From Paraspadella gotoi (taxonomy: Eukaryota > Animalia > Chaetognatha): 64,000 nt of DNA. This document shows positions 1 through 14,271 of this stretch, piece after piece. The stretch covers positions 14,534,682-14,598,681 of the forward strand of contig CM119264.1 of assembly GCA_051294375.1 (NCBI GenBank). The letters are read 5' to 3'. The position numbers and the translations under genes were made by a program. How positions within the stretch are numbered: position 1 is the first letter of the stretch; the number at the start of each line of letters is the position of its first letter. Under the pieces are notes generated by a model. It was not told where the DNA came from. It saw only the letters and a list, made by a program, of their open reading frames with translations, and did not search any database.

Positions 1-1896
1 CAACCAATTTGAGGCGCAGCGCCTGTTGGCGCGTGGGATTTTTCCCTGCGATATTCAGCGTTCGGAAAGTTCGATTCTCTCGGAAGGCTGTTGTTTAATT
101 GACCCGTCACTCAATCTGACATTCGAACGTCCACACGTCTCGATCGTGGAACACAATAAAATAATTAAAACTCATAAAAAAAACCCAGAAGCTGGGTTTA
201 TTTCACGTACTTTTTAAGTGTTAGTTTTAAAATTCACCTTTTAAACCCACTGTAGAAACCCCCCTAAATAAACACTTTTTTCTAGAAAAATAGCGCCTTT
301 GTGCAAACGGCATTCACCGCAAAAACCGCCGACTGCGAATCGCTAACATGGAAGGGAGGGAATTCGGTTTGCCTTGAATTTAAAGCGAAAAGAAGATGGA
401 GAGAATATATATACTACTAGTATCTAATGTATTTGTCCGAATTGAAAGCTTATTTGATTTCTCTAAACGGTTTAGTAAACCCCATCCACAAAACTAAAGC
501 GGAATTTAATTAAATTTCAAATTTTTTTATTCAAATGAAAATAGTAAAATAGTTTTTTTCTAAATCTCGAATTTTGAAATTTTTCGAATACGACGTCAAA
601 AAAAATTCGTTTGGACTCGACTGTCTGCTCGTGACTTGTTAATCACAAAATAGAAACAGGAGAAGAGGCAGAACCAAGCGTGCGAACGTGCGTAGTTTGC
701 CAGACACAGTGACGGATTAAACGGCGCGGTGTCTGAAATCCCCACACCGTGACAAAGCTCTCTTTCGTTTGACTTAAACTGGCGGGACTGCGAATGAGAA
801 GTCTCCTGGAATTTCTCCGGGAGGCGGTGGCGGTGGCGGTGGTTTTCTCCTTAATGGATTGAGGGGTCGACTTTCGCGATTCGAGTTTCACATCCGGACT
901 TTGACGGGCGCCGACCAAAACTTTCATTGGCCTCCAGTTTCACATAAAGACTCCCGTTTAGACCAACGTCCAACAATTCCAGAATCGTTCCAATTTCTAC
1001 GAGTGACTTTTTTCTCGGCCAGACGATGATCGGATGACGATGATATTGAACTCAGAATTTAAAAAAAAAATCGATCCGCGAGAGAGAATAAGAACGCTTT
1101 GAACAGGTCCCTTTCAGCTCCTTTTCAATAGAAAGCTAAATCTGAAAATAGGTCAAATCCTTTCAGCAACTTTAAACGCGAAAAATTCAAAACATTTCAA
1201 AAATATTTCAAAAACATCTGCTCTTACAACAGAGAAGGCAATTAGAGTGTATCCATGTACTTTTTAAGAAACTTAATTTTGCTGTTATCACAATATACAA
1301 TAAATTTTTCAGTCGCACCGCTTGTACACTGTACAATACAATGTACAGTGTGTCTCAATGGTACTGTCTGTTAATAAAAGCTGACTGTATGGCAACAGCC
1401 GGGCTGCCTGTGATGCCCATTGGGATGGGGCATTTTACTGTTGGCTTTGGGGGCTTCCGACCCTCAGTGAGGCCTCCAGTCAATGGCGCGGTTACCCTAA
1501 GACGGTCTCGCTTTGCCAACGTAGAGGGATGTCGTTAGGACTGTAATTTTTTAAAAATGATTATTAAAATATTTATTAAATATCTTTTATGAAATTGGTA
1601 CAATGTTAATGATTAAATAATCTTTTAAATCGTTTCCTTAGATGCAGGACAGTAAGAAACAACCTTTTTTTTTAGTTAAAGAGCTTTTATAATACAGTAT
1701 TTATTCTTTTATAAAATTATATATTTACCTTATTTATATTANNNNNNNNNNNNNNNNNACCTCGGCGCAAATTCTTTAAATTTAACTTGCCTGTTGTTGG
1801 TTTATGATGAAACTGAACTAAGTATCGACGCTCTCCCTAATCCGAAACTCGTCTTTTTTGGTCGAGTCAGAGCCACCTTAGTTCAAGATCCAATCA

Positions 1897-2700
1897 TGAC
1901 GATTTCAACATAATGCATGAATATTTTATTCTTAACTTTTTAGCCGATCATAAACTCTTTTTTTTGTCTTTTTGGATGGAGAAAGAACGTAAGATGGGGA
2001 AATACGATGAAGCCCTCCGAGTAAGTTTTCATTTGGTTTCATTTTTGTCCTATGGACGTAAATTCAGTCTGTTTCATTTTACGTTTTTAAGCGTTTGCTG
2101 CTCTATTACAAAGAAATTGAACAAAGCAAGAATATATTCACCTCTTTCAAGTGGGCCATTGTTGGACTCATTGTCCTGCAGTCGTTTGTGGCAATAACCA
2201 TTCAGCTACATCTCATTATGAAGACAATTGGAACCATGAAAATATTTTTTATCTTTGAGTATTTCATCATTTTTGGGGTAACGCTCAGTGGATACTTCGA
2301 CCTCACTTGCAACCTTAATATTAACAAGTTCCATGTCGGTAAGGATATACACGATACAGCTATTTACAAGATTTGTTTAAAGCATCAAAATTTGTAATTA
2401 AAGTCTAAAAGTAAAATAGAGTACTTTTAGTTGCGAAGACACTTAGCGTTAATCGGTTGGTACGTCCAACGGTATGTCTGATATGCTGTTAGTGATGGCT
2501 GTAGAGATTTTTTTGATTGTAGCAGCTGCTGCTGTAGCAGATATATACATATTTTATATAAAAACTTTAAAAAGCTCTTCAAAGAAAGCTATTAAATTAA
2601 AAAAGGGTTAAAAGCTCATAATCACTATCATTGATTTGTTTATCATCATTAATTCAGTATATATTCTTTCTTTCTTTGTTTTATTAGTGCATCTTAGGTA
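1897..2700 (+). pseudogene. Possible degenerate multi-TM gene fragment (paralog or 5' part of the 3097-3719 gene)
   Basis: Hydrophobic ORF pieces 1913-2197 and 2095-2397, and further hydrophobic reading ~2470-2700 (MSDMLLVMAVEIFLIVAAAAVADIYIFY) broken by stops. Confidence 0.2.
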
Positions 2701-3096
2701 TTGAAATAAGATTCGAATATAAAGTTTTTACTGTTTTTCCTTCTTTTATGCATTTATATTATCAAATAAGCAAAGTTACTAAATTAACTAAAAGTCGATT
2801 TTTAGAAAGAAATAACGGTTAAGGAAACTCTATTGCCAAAACAATCAAAACTCTCTTAAGTTACTTAACATCAATAAAATTCAGATTCTTAATATATAAA
2901 ATATTTATTCACTTCAATCAAAAACAATGTTCAGCACAGTATTTTTTCATTAATTTAAACATGGAGGCGAGCGAATTGGTTAATGAAAACTTATAGTTAC
3001 TGAAATATTCTTAAACAAAAACCAAAATAAAGAACGTTTAGGATAAAATTTTCAAATATCTTTTTCAATTAATAAATCTCTTAAAAACCTTTTTAG

Positions 3097-3719
3097 ATAT
3101 TGGGCATCGCGTCACAGAAAGAAGCATTTCGGCAATAATAATGGGTGTTCGGACTATGATTGTTGGCCATGTCATTTCTGAACTGGCGCAAATGTTTTGC
3201 CACCCACTGCAGTTCAAGGAACGGGCCACCAAGCGAATTTTGTGGGCCTTTGCCATCACTCTAGTGTTTCACTCCTGCAACGTTTTGCAAATGATCTTAA
3301 AGGTTGCTCATTTGCGAATTGAATCGACAGTCATTATACCACAGTCAGTATTCTTCTTTCTTAATATTGCTACTGTCGTCCTTAACGAAATTTATGATCT
3401 TGCGATTTTAATCTTGGCGGCGCGGAACCGTATTCGATTGGGAAAGAAGGTGAATGAAATAATATCCATCAAGTTGAATAACAAAAGGAAGGTCGATTAC
3501 AAGAGGTACATTAGCTTCTGCTCTTCTGTATTGGTTATCTTAGTCCTAGATTCAATCTTTAAAATTATTATAAACGTTTCTTATTGTTTACTTCATCTGA
3601 ATGAGTTAGTCTATTCCGCCATTAAATTTACCGTGCTTATATTTCAAGCGCTTTGTGGTCCAACTTTCATGCTTTTAACGCTTTATTATTTTCCAAGAAC
3701 CAGGCCATTCCATGACTGA
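3097..3719 (+). CDS. Putative terminal exon of a divergent multi-pass (7TM/chemoreceptor-like) membrane protein
   Basis: TTTTAG acceptor ending at 3096, then an open frame to the stop at 3719 (includes ORF 3141-3719). About five hydrophobic segments with a basic loop (ARNRIRLGKK...KRKVDYKRY) before the last two. No family motif recognised. Confidence 0.4.
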
Positions 3720-4542
3720 TTTTTTTCTGCTCACAAATGTTTAAACTCCAATTACTGATGGGGAAAATTTAAAGTCTGGTTAAACCAGAAAACTGACTTA
3801 TTATAATTTTTTTTTAAATAATTTTTTATCAGCACAAATATCTACCTAAGGCAGCGAGGCAAAGTTCAGGTTGCTTTTTAAAGTTTGCATCGGACGCGTA
3901 AATTATTTTAACTATTTATAACAATTTGTACAATATAAATATACAAATACGATATAAAAATAATTATTCAATCTTTCAATAAATAATCAATCTTGCCACC
4001 GACTTTGGACCGACTTTGGCTTCTTACAAGATTATAACATAGCAGGCCCCTTCAAGCTTTTACTCAAGATTCTCTCACTGTCTCGTTTATTAACTCCCAG
4101 AGCACCTGGTTTACTATCGTTGAAGTAGTATAAATTTTCTATAAAATGTTTCAATTATTTTTGAAGGACCACTCCCCTATGGGTTATATTGCAATGATCC
4201 TCAACTTATTCTCATAACTCATCAGTCTTTACTTTCCAAGCACTTTCTTTAATACCTTATTTCATTTCTATTCTCCTTAACGTCCTCTCTATTAAAATTG
4301 TATTGCCATTAAGCTGGTCAAACTTTAAAAAAATTTATAATATGACTTTTTTGTATTGTGTTGAACTTTTTTTTCGTTGCGTTTTTAGATTTAGAGAGAA
4401 AAACAAAATTTCTTTGTTAACAAACAACGATTTTTAATGAAACAAGATCGGTTCATCCATCACGCAAAAAAAAAGCGAACATGTTTAGACTGGTTTTGCG
4501 AGTCTTCATCAGCGCATTATGATTATGGCTTTTTTTTTCAGC

Positions 4543-4650
4543 GGATCTGCTTATCAGCGGATTCCGATTATAATCTACTTTGTCGGTCCGTCGGTCCACC
4601 CCCACAATTTTGTCGGTAAATCATTTTTATCATATCAGAACATCGAATTA
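4543..4650 (+). mobile_element. Short interspersed repeat (Helentron-associated/DINE-1-like), copy 1
   Basis: Follows a T-run. Short inverted repeat GGATCTGC..GCGGATTC, then GTCGGTCCGTCGGTCC. Clearly homologous to 56728-56828. Confidence 0.55.
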
Positions 4651-6151
4651 TGATAAATTAAGCTTTGTGTTTTTTCCTTTCTGTTTCGTTGTGATTTGAT
4701 TTAGAACAAAGTTTGATAAATTGATAAATTAAGCTAAATAAATGATGTCCATTCCTCCGTCCGTTCGTCTGTCTGTCGGTCCGTCCCCCCTTAGCAATAA
4801 ACTCCAATATTCAATCTATCTATCAATCAATCAATAAATCAATCAACCAATCAATCAATCAAGTAATTCAATTAATCGTTATTGACGTTATTGTCGTCGT
4901 CGTTGCTTTTGTCGTGATCAGTGACGCAAAGACCTAATAACAAACAAACAAACAATGGCGGATCAAATGAATTAATTATTAATTGACTAATTAATGAATT
5001 AACTTGAATTAATTAATTAATTAATTACCGCTAATAATAGTTTTCTCAAACTTATTCTCTCTAAATCTGAATTTCGGCAAGATATTATTTCGTCTTTTTA
5101 ATACTAAATCGATTTCGAATTCATTGTATTGACACACAAAATCATTTTATTTTTTAATAATATATGAGAAATGTGAAAAAAAAAAATTTTAACTCTTGTC
5201 CGATATAAAGTAAAAATGTAGCTAGATGTGCTTATTACAACTTTTTAAAATTTTGATGATAAATCGGTCGAAAATTTATTGAAACCTAAGTTTGAGTTCA
5301 TCCAAATAGCGAATATCGTCGGCGATTCACGCAATGAGTCGTAGAACTGGTTTTTGCCTTCAATTTTTTACCCACTTTACAAGGAAAAATTTTTAACGTT
5401 GTCCTCAATATTAAATTCTTTAAAATTATATTAATAATAAAGATTATAGTTATACTTAGAAGTATTTTTGTTTACCAATAGTCCTATCCAAGATTTGCAT
5501 CAAATTATAAGTTTGGTGGAAAAAGAGAAACTTTGCTTTCACGCCGATGGGGATTCGCTTTTGTTATCAAGAGGGAGACAATAATCTTTTCAAAATCTCC
5601 TTCAAATTTGGTTTTAAGAGAACAATCAACAATTAAACAACTAAAAAAGGACTTGCAAAAGATTAACGCTTTATTCCTTAGCGACGCTAACAGCCTTGCA
5701 TCCTTTTCCTTCAACTTTCATCGTTCTTTCAATACTTTTCAGTCAACTTCATTTTTCTCTGTCTCAGTTTAATCACTTTGCCTTTAACGTTTATAGCTTT
5801 CAATTATCGTCAAAATGGTTGTCGTCAAAACCAATTTCCTTGAAGTTTGTCAGGTTTTTATAAATGGTGTCAATATGACGAAAATCGTGTCGATATATGC
5901 AACGAGGCAGCCATACACGCGCGCTAACATAAACATTGGCGCTCCGTTCTGAGACTCCCTTTCGAAAAATCAGCATTGACCTCCTTTAATAAAGCGACTC
6001 TTGGCTTTAAAAGGACTCATTCCCTCTGCACAACCTACCCAATTTCTCCCCTTTGAAAAAGCCCACTCGCTGCCCTCACCTTTAACTCCCGCGCACCGAT
6101 TATCGAGCTCGTTTGTAAAATGCTCTTTATCTTATCGACTGATTGTGTTTG

Positions 6152-6183
<32 letters not shown>

Positions 6184-6714
6184 TATCTCCTCATCTCGTC
6201 TACTCTCTTCTATCTCCTCTCTCTTCTCTCTCTCTCTCTCCTCTTCCACATCTCTCCGCCGTGATGGTGCAGGTCAGTAGAAGTCGAAACGTGGACACAG
6301 AGGCAGATAGAGTAGTTCGCGCAATTGCGGAGATCAGTGGGGGTATTCCTGAGCGCAGCAGATGCCCGTTCTGGATGATTGAGGCAAGTCATGTCATGCT
6401 GAGGCTGCTCTCCGTCTCCAGCATCACGTTCGATCGTAGTCTCCAACGTGACGATCTATCGTCGGAGGCGATCAGAGTATTATCAAAGTCTCGTCGTCAG
6501 TTGCGTTCCTTCATTCCCGCCCTTCACTCCCTCCCCATCTTCCTTCTATTTTTAAGCTTTCCTTAATCTCTTTAATCCCTCTCTTTATCTTGGATTTTTT
6601 TCCGCTAAATTGGTTTTTTCTCTCTCCCCCCCCCTCCCATCTTTCCTCCGATGAGAAGTGAAGGACTTAATTTGAAGTTGGAGAGGGGGAAATGAAGAGA
6701 AGTTAAAGCAAAGG

Positions 6715-6768
6715 GAGCGAGAGCGAGAGCGAGAGCGAGAGCGAGAGCGAGAGCGAGAGCGAGAGCGA
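6715..6768. repeat. (GAGCGA)n hexanucleotide microsatellite
   Basis: About nine tandem GAGCGA units read directly. Confidence 0.9.
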
Positions 6769-7264
6769 GAAGCCTTTTTTTGTGCCGAGTTGTCGATATC
6801 TATCTCGATTTCCATCCAAAGACCTTTGACGTCAGGCGATTTTGCGAGCGAACGGATTTCGAACGGATTGCGCGTATCGATTGAAAAAAAAAAAGGATAT
6901 TCTTTAGCGAAACAAAAGACATCAGACGCGGGAAATAAAACTGAAAAGAAAAAAGACGAGGTTGAGATTTTTAACGCAGGTGCAGTTCGTCGTCGGTAAT
7001 TTTGAAAAAAAATCACGCGAGTAAAAATATTAAACGAACGAACCTTTTAATTTGAAATAGGATTCATAATTTTATAAATGATGTAGTACTAAAGTAGCTT
7101 TCATTGTAATCCCAATCTTGGACTTAAACGGAGCGAATCTCTACTACTTTCTACAGGCACCTAGAGATGGACGTTCGTTTTCAAGTACTTCGACCCATTG
7201 AACCCAATGGATAGATATAGATCATTAACCGCACTACCTTTCTCCTCTTACGGTTAATTTGCAT

Positions 7265-7332
<68 letters not shown>
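7265..7332. repeat. (TC)n microsatellite
   Basis: Read directly. Confidence 0.95.
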
Positions 7333-7335
<3 letters not shown>

Positions 7336-7521
7336 CGTTATCTCCCTGGGTATGTCACGTTTTCTTACCCTCGAAATCAATCTCGCCCGTCACCTCCCCC
7401 CCCATTCGGCCCGTGGGTTTTCGCCGCTCAAGAGGGGAAGTTCGACCTCGTTAGCTGAGGGGTTTTCTTGAATAAAAGGGGTTCTATTCAAGGGGCGAAG
7501 AAAGGGAGAGAGAACGTTGAG

Positions 7522-7700
7522 GATGAGGGAGGGGTCTCTCTTAGATGAGGGAGGGGCTCTCTCTTAGATGAGGTAGGGGTCTCTCTTAGATGAGGGAGGG
7601 GGTCTCTCTTAGATGAGGAGGGGTCTCTCTTAGATGAGGGAGGGGGTCTCTCTTAGATGAGGGAGGGGTCTCTCTTAGATGAGGGAGGGGTCTCTCTTAG
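7522..7700. repeat. G-rich minisatellite, about 8 copies of 21-24 bp GATGAGGGAGGGGTCTCTCTTA
   Basis: Tandem units read directly; they vary mainly in G-run length. Confidence 0.9.
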
Positions 7701-8567
7701 TTTGGAAAGTTCGTGTCGTCATATGGCGGTGGCACCCAAGGGTTGGATTGAGAAGAGGATGCTGTCAGAGGATGCCATGAGATAGTGTGTGTACCGTTGG
7801 AGGGTGCCATCAGATGGCGTCGTCTAAGGGTGGGTGCCATCGAAGGGTGCCATCGGAGGGTGCGCTCGGAGAGAAACGAAGTCGTCGTCTAAAAGTCGAA
7901 GTCTTTCTGCCTCAAAATCATCAATCAACCAAATTTCCANNNNNNNNNNGAGTGAGAGGAAGAGAAAAGAGAGAGAGAGAAAAGAGGGAGTGAGAGAGAG
8001 ATATTCCACCCTTTGCTCCGCTTCACGAATCAATGGCCTGATTAATGCCCCTCTCTCAGTCCGTCCATCTCCCTTATTTGCTCTCTCCTTCCCACTTTAT
8101 CTCCTTCTCCCGTAAATCTCTCTCGCTCTCTTCCTCATTTCTTCTTTCTCTCTATAATTCAAAGTCGATATTTTTGTCTCCACTTCTCCCGCCTCTTTTT
8201 TAATATTTCTCTTTCTTCTCCACCACACTCACCGCCTCTGATTCTCCCCTCCCTCCCATCCGTTCTCTTCTCTCAATCCCAACCTCTTTTTAACTTACTC
8301 TCTCCTACCTACCATCCTCCGCCATTCCGTTCAACATCCTCCCCCCTCCCTCTAACTATTCCCCTCGCCCCCTCCGCCCCCGTTTCCATTCTCTCTCCAT
8401 TTGCGACGAATCTCAGCCAATAACGGCGACTATGGGTTTTCGTTGTCTGCGGAAGGTGAGAGAGCGAACCCGTTTTTCCCGTTTGTTTACTCGAGATCGA
8501 GAACGGATGCCTTTTTCGTGGCGAAGACGATATCCCTTTTTTTATCTTTTTGACTTTGAGAGGGAGT

Positions 8568-8718
<151 letters not shown>

Positions 8719-9729
8719 ATATTTTTTTCAATACGAAGCGAGAATATTCTGTCAGAGGTATATATCGGATATTAAAGCGAGCGACTAGATTTACGGAACA
8801 AGCTGTCATATTTGTATGATTATTATTACTATTAAACGTATTGATCGTATTAAAAATCGGAAAATGAACTTCAAGCTACTGTTCTCTAAATATTACGAGT
8901 TAAAAGGAGAAAACTGCAGAAAAATGCGCGAGTGGAAAAAGTGAGAGTAGAGAGTAGAGTCAGTCTTGTGAAAAACCTCCACCGAAATTGCTTGCTATTT
9001 TTTTTTTCAAGTGCGACCGGCTTCTTTAATCGAGTGCTTTCCATGTGGCTGGTTAAAATATTTAGTTATAAATCGAAATTTAAAATAAAAAAAAAGAAAT
9101 AAATATTTAAAAAACGAATCTGTTGTGGCCCGGGGATTACGTTTTGTAACCGTGATAGAAAAACGAAAAAAAAATTATAAAAACAGAAAAATATAAAGAA
9201 ATAAAACCGCTACTCGACGCAACGCATACGCAACTTGCTGGCAATTTCTATCTTTCTCGTCTATCTTCTTTCCTTCTATCTTTTTCTCAAATTCTAGCGA
9301 GATTGCCTTTTCGCGAGATAAAAAAGCCTCTTTATTCAATCGAAATTCGACAAGACTCGATGCAGAAAAAAAAAAGTCTTGGCGCGCGACAGAAATTTAT
9401 TCCCAAAACAAGAAACTTTCCTTCTTTTTTTTTCCTTTTTTTTTTAATACGAACGCAGAAGATTCCAACGACTTTTTTTCGGGCAAAGGCATTTCCCGAC
9501 AAAAAAATCCAATTAATGAGAAACTGCAACGATGGGGGAAAAAGCAGCTTACGACTACTGATGAAAGCTACACCCCTTTATCATTTATTTCTTTTCCGTC
9601 ACGTTCTTCCTCTTTTTCGCCTTGCTCTTTCTTTTCTCTCCCTCTCTCTATTTCTCTTCCTTTTCGCACATTAAGATGTCATTCGGAATCATCCTCTCTC
9701 ACCCTGACAAATTAGTCGAAACGAGCATG

Positions 9730-9864
<135 letters not shown>

Positions 9865-11977
9865 CGTTCCCTCGAGAAAATGGAGCATTTAATGAAGAGT
9901 CCTAAACGTAAAATGTGAGCTCCTCCTCTTCTGGACAGACTGATGAATACTTAACATTGTCAGAGAATATATTATCTTCGGACGAATGAATTATCGACTT
10001 CGCTACTGACATGAGCGATGATTCCATGAAACCATTACCCGACTTCCCATTGAGACCGATGGCTCAAGTCTCGAAATTTTTATTTTTCTTTTTATACAAA
10101 AAATACACCAGTTTTAATACAAAATAATATATTTTATAATAGAAATAACAAATATTAAAAACCAAATAAGAAAAAACTAAAGTATTTTCTTCGAAATCAA
10201 GAGCCGATTTTTAACTTGCTTTGCAAAAATCCACGTTTAACCGTTTTTCTTGCCGACTCTTGTAAGAATTTGATGGGCGCATTAAATCCTTTCAATTCTC
10301 TTTAGTTTAAACTCAAGACGACAAGCTCTCAATTTCATATATCCGAATTAATCTAATTTCGTCGTTTTCACCGTCGGCTTTTCTCCAACGGTAATGGAAG
10401 CGAAGATCCAAACTTCGCTTGTTTCATTGTAAAAATTAATTGGCTTCGCATTCGAAGGAACGGCCTTCGATTTAAAGGAACAACGGAGACGAGGAAAGTG
10501 GATGAAAGAGTCGCTTCTCTTCAACTGCATCGCCTTGTCATTTTATCGTTCGAGTCTCTGAGGACCGAACGCCTTTAATCTTGAAGATCTTTTTTTGTTT
10601 CGCTAACGATTTAAACGAAACGAAATCTTAATCTTCCTTCTTTCTTGAGTTAACAACAGGTGAGACACGAATGAATGTGTCCCACGGAGCGTGGCATATG
10701 GCAAAAACAAAAATATTAGACAACAATGACACCCACTTCCGATAGAAAAAACATTGACTGCATCTATTAATTCTATTCCTGTACTATGTATAGTATTACT
10801 AATACCGGAACTACTATTTCAACTATTAAGACGTCCACTACTACTACGACTACCACAACTATTCCTACTATAAAGCCAAAAACTACTACTACGCCTTCGA
10901 CGACGACGTAAAGCGTTCTCAAAATAAAAACGACAAAAGCGAAAACGATTAGGACGAGGCCACCGATGACACTAACAAAAAAAAAACACTTCAAGGTCGA
11001 AAATGACGACGAAGACGACGACGTAGAAGAAGACGAAAACGACGACGACGATGACTAAAACGTGGATTTCTGACGTCAGTCCCTACGCATCTATCCGGGT
11101 TTCTCGAAGAGATAAAGTCGGAAAATCTGTTTTTGACGGCCGACGGAAATCCGATAAGAGTCTCCAAAAGAAAAAAAAATCTTATTTTTCCCTGCTACCA
11201 GCCTTTACTTTTTGTTGTTTTTTTTATAATATAGAAATATTAATGTTTACTATTTTTGAACCGGCTTTTTTCGTGTTTTTTTTTGTTTTGTTTTATTTTT
11301 TTGTTTTTTTTTTGTTTGTGTGTGCGTTTTTACTAGCGGTACTGCGTTTTTACGGGAAAAGGCCATTTGACTGGGTAAAATGTAGTCAAGAAAAAGTAAT
11401 GGAAGGAACGGCGAAAGGAAGAAAGGAAGAAAGAAAGAAAGGAAGGAAAAAAGGAAGGAAGGAAGATATAAATAAAAAACGAAATAAGCTAAAGAAAGAA
11501 AAAATAAGTAAATGATTGAAGGAAAACAATAAATAAGCAAAGAATAAGCAATGAAACCTGATTCAGGTCGGGAAGAAAGTTAATTTCACGAGAAATCTTC
11601 AGAAAATGACCAAACCTAAAAAAGAGGCTAAATGAGAGCAGGCCGTACTTAATTACGCCTTGTCCCATATAAGAACTATGCTTTGTGATTGATTGACGTT
11701 TCAGCAAATCAGTCTACGTAATCCCTTCGTTTTTTACTGACAAAATTATTTCTAAAGTTATTCGATGCAGCATTTTTTCCCCTTTAATATAGCAGGAAAA
11801 AAAGATTTTAGCCATAGGTGGATTTGCTCGGTCGGGGGGACGGAGAGAATTTTTTATTTGGTTCTTCCAAATAAGGGAGAGATTTTTCGGGGAAACGATG
11901 TTTACGATGGACGATTTCGTTCTGTCTTTTCTCGGATCGAAGGATAGACGGATCCTTAATGTATCGCATCCTTTCTT

Positions 11978-12042
<65 letters not shown>

Positions 12043-12609
12043 TTTCAGAAGACAAGTGAACGTCAAGGACCAAACCGTTAAAACGTCGAAGCTTTTAAAA
12101 TTCTTCGTCGGTTCGCATGTGAGGGGGCGTCCCTGGGAGGCGAAGTGGGTTAGAACTTGGAACTGAGACAGGGATCGGCAAGGACGGTAGTGACAACGTA
12201 AAGTGGTTTTGAGAAGTAAAAATGTCTTGTAATCAATGCGATTTCGTGGCTGATTGAGGACTGAGGAATTTAAATGCTATGTAGTTTTCACCTCTGGGCA
12301 TTTTTATCCTTGATTTAAGTTTATTACTGCCAAAAGGTTTTCTCGACTGGCAGAGACAGCTCGACTTTTCCCCAGAAATACGTAATTCTCAAAGTTTTCG
12401 CTTTTTTTTACTTTCGTTTTGCAGAGCGCTAAGAGTTTAATTAATTTATATTTGAAAGTCGCCCAAGCAACATAGTCATAGAGATCACAGAACGCAAAAC
12501 CAAACCACGACGATTAGGGATTGTATGCAATACGCGAAAAGTTGATACTTTGGAAATTACGTTAATAATAAATGGTAATAATAAAAGTTGGCAAAAAATA
12601 CTTTTTCTC

Positions 12610-13482
12610 NNNNNNNNNNNNNNNNNNNNNNNNNNNNNNNNNNNNNNNNNNNNNNNNNNNNNNNNNNNNNNNNNNNNNNNNNNNNNNNNNNNNNNNNNNN
12701 NNNNNNNNNNNNNNNNNNNNNNNNNNNNNNNNNNNNNNNNNNNNNNNNNNNNNNNNNNNNNNNNNNNNNNNNNNNNNNNNNNNNNNNNNNNNNNNNNNNN
12801 NNNNNNNNNNNNNNNNNNNNNNNNNNNNNNNNNNNNNNNNNNNNNNNNNNNNNNNNNNNNNNNNNNNNNNNNNNNNNNNNNNNNNNNNNNNNNNNNNNNN
12901 NNNNNNNNNNNNNNNNNNNNNNNNNNNNNNNNNNNNNNNNNNNNNNNNNNNNNNNNNNNNNNNNNNNNNNNNNNNNNNNNNNNNNNNNNNNNNNNNNNNN
13001 NNNNNNNNNNNNNNNNNNNNNNNNNNNNNNNNNNNNNNNNNNNNNNNNNNNNNNNNNNNNNNNNNNNNNNNNNNNNNNNNNNNNNNNNNNNNNNNNNNNN
13101 NNNNNNNNNNNNNNNNNNNNNNNNNNNNNNNNNNNNNNNNNNNNNNNNNNNNNNNNNNNNNNNNNNNNNNNNNNNNNNNNNNNNNNNNNNNNNNNNNNNN
13201 NNNNNNNNNNNNNNNNNNNNNNNNNNNNNNNNNNNNNNNNNNNNNNNNNNNNNNNNNNNNNNNNNNNNNNNNNNNNNNNNNNNNNNNNNNNNNNNNNNNN
13301 NNNNNNNNNNNNNNNNNNNNNNNNNNNNNNNNNNNNNNNNNNNNNNNNNNNNNNNNNNNNNNNNNNNNNNNNNNNNNNNNNNNNNNNNNNNNNNNNNNNN
13401 NNNNNNNNNNNNNNNNNNNNNNNNNNNNNNNNNNNNNNNNNNNNNNNNNNNNNNNNNNNNNNNNNNNNNNNNNNNNNNNNNN
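12610..13482. other. Assembly gap with duplicated flanks (~12400-12609 similar to ~13510-13776)
   Basis: N-run. The segment CTTTCGTTTTGCAGAGCGCT...GGCAAAAAATACTTTTTCTC occurs on both sides with indels. Confidence 0.9.
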
Positions 13483-14271
13483 GAAAGCGGCTCGATCTTT
13501 ATGCTTTTAAGATTTTTACTTTCGTTTTGCAGAGCGCTAAAAGTTTAATTAATTTATATTTGAAAGTCGCCCAAGCTACATAGAGATCACAGAACGCAAA
13601 ACTGAACCACGACGATTAGGGATAGTATGCAATACACTAAAAGTTGATAATAATTGTTAATAATAAATGTGTAGCAGATTAATTAGGGTAATAAATCAGG
13701 GTAACCATCATTACAACAGAGATATACCTCTGTTAGAAATGGTAATAATAAAAGTTGGCAAAAAATACTTTTTCTCTGTATTACGCATTAGACATAGAGA
13801 CCCTGAAGACAAATACAAAAAACATAGTGAGGGACTGGAGAGCAAACAAATTTGGCAATGAAAATGGTTTGTTGATGAAGATGAAGGGGAATTTGATCGG
13901 ATCCGGACAAGCGATTTCTTGTCGGAGAGCCAACCATAATTTACTGTCTCGACCAAAAACGCAAACTGATTTGTCCTGATACTAAAATATGTGAATAAGT
14001 AAATCATAACTCTAACTAAGGTCGGGTAAACCTGACTCGACTCTTTCTGCATAAAAAATACACCATTAAACTAATGCACTATTGATTTTACTATTATTTT
14101 AACCAGATTAAACTTTTTTAAAATTTATTTTAATCCACTTTGGATCACCCGTCCCTATCCACCCCTTCCTTATTATGCTTCTTCATTACTAGTCTCTCTC
14201 TCTCTCCTTCTCTCTTCTCTCTTCGTCTCTCTCTCTCTCTCTCTCTCTCCTCTTCTCTCTCTCTCCTCTCT

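Noticed and set aside
3960-4320. Possible 3' remnant of a CR1/L2-like LINE on the minus strand
   Set aside because: Only a vague resemblance; no RT motif recoverable by eye.
7522-7700. CRISPR-like regular repeat
   Set aside because: Units are directly adjacent with no unique spacers, the context is eukaryotic, and there are no cas genes.
7787-7860. CTVGGCHQMASSKGGCH, resembling a C-x4-C zinc-binding repeat
   Set aside because: Arises from the degenerate GGGTGCCATC repeat; single unit, lacks the expected His spacing, no exon context.
10770-11060. Thr-rich then Asp/Glu-rich reading (mucin-like); similar acidic/basic tract at 25700-25880
   Set aside because: In-frame stops and trinucleotide-repeat origin; no supported exon structure.
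12550-13583. Three ORFs over 300 aa
   Set aside because: Read-through of the N-gap.
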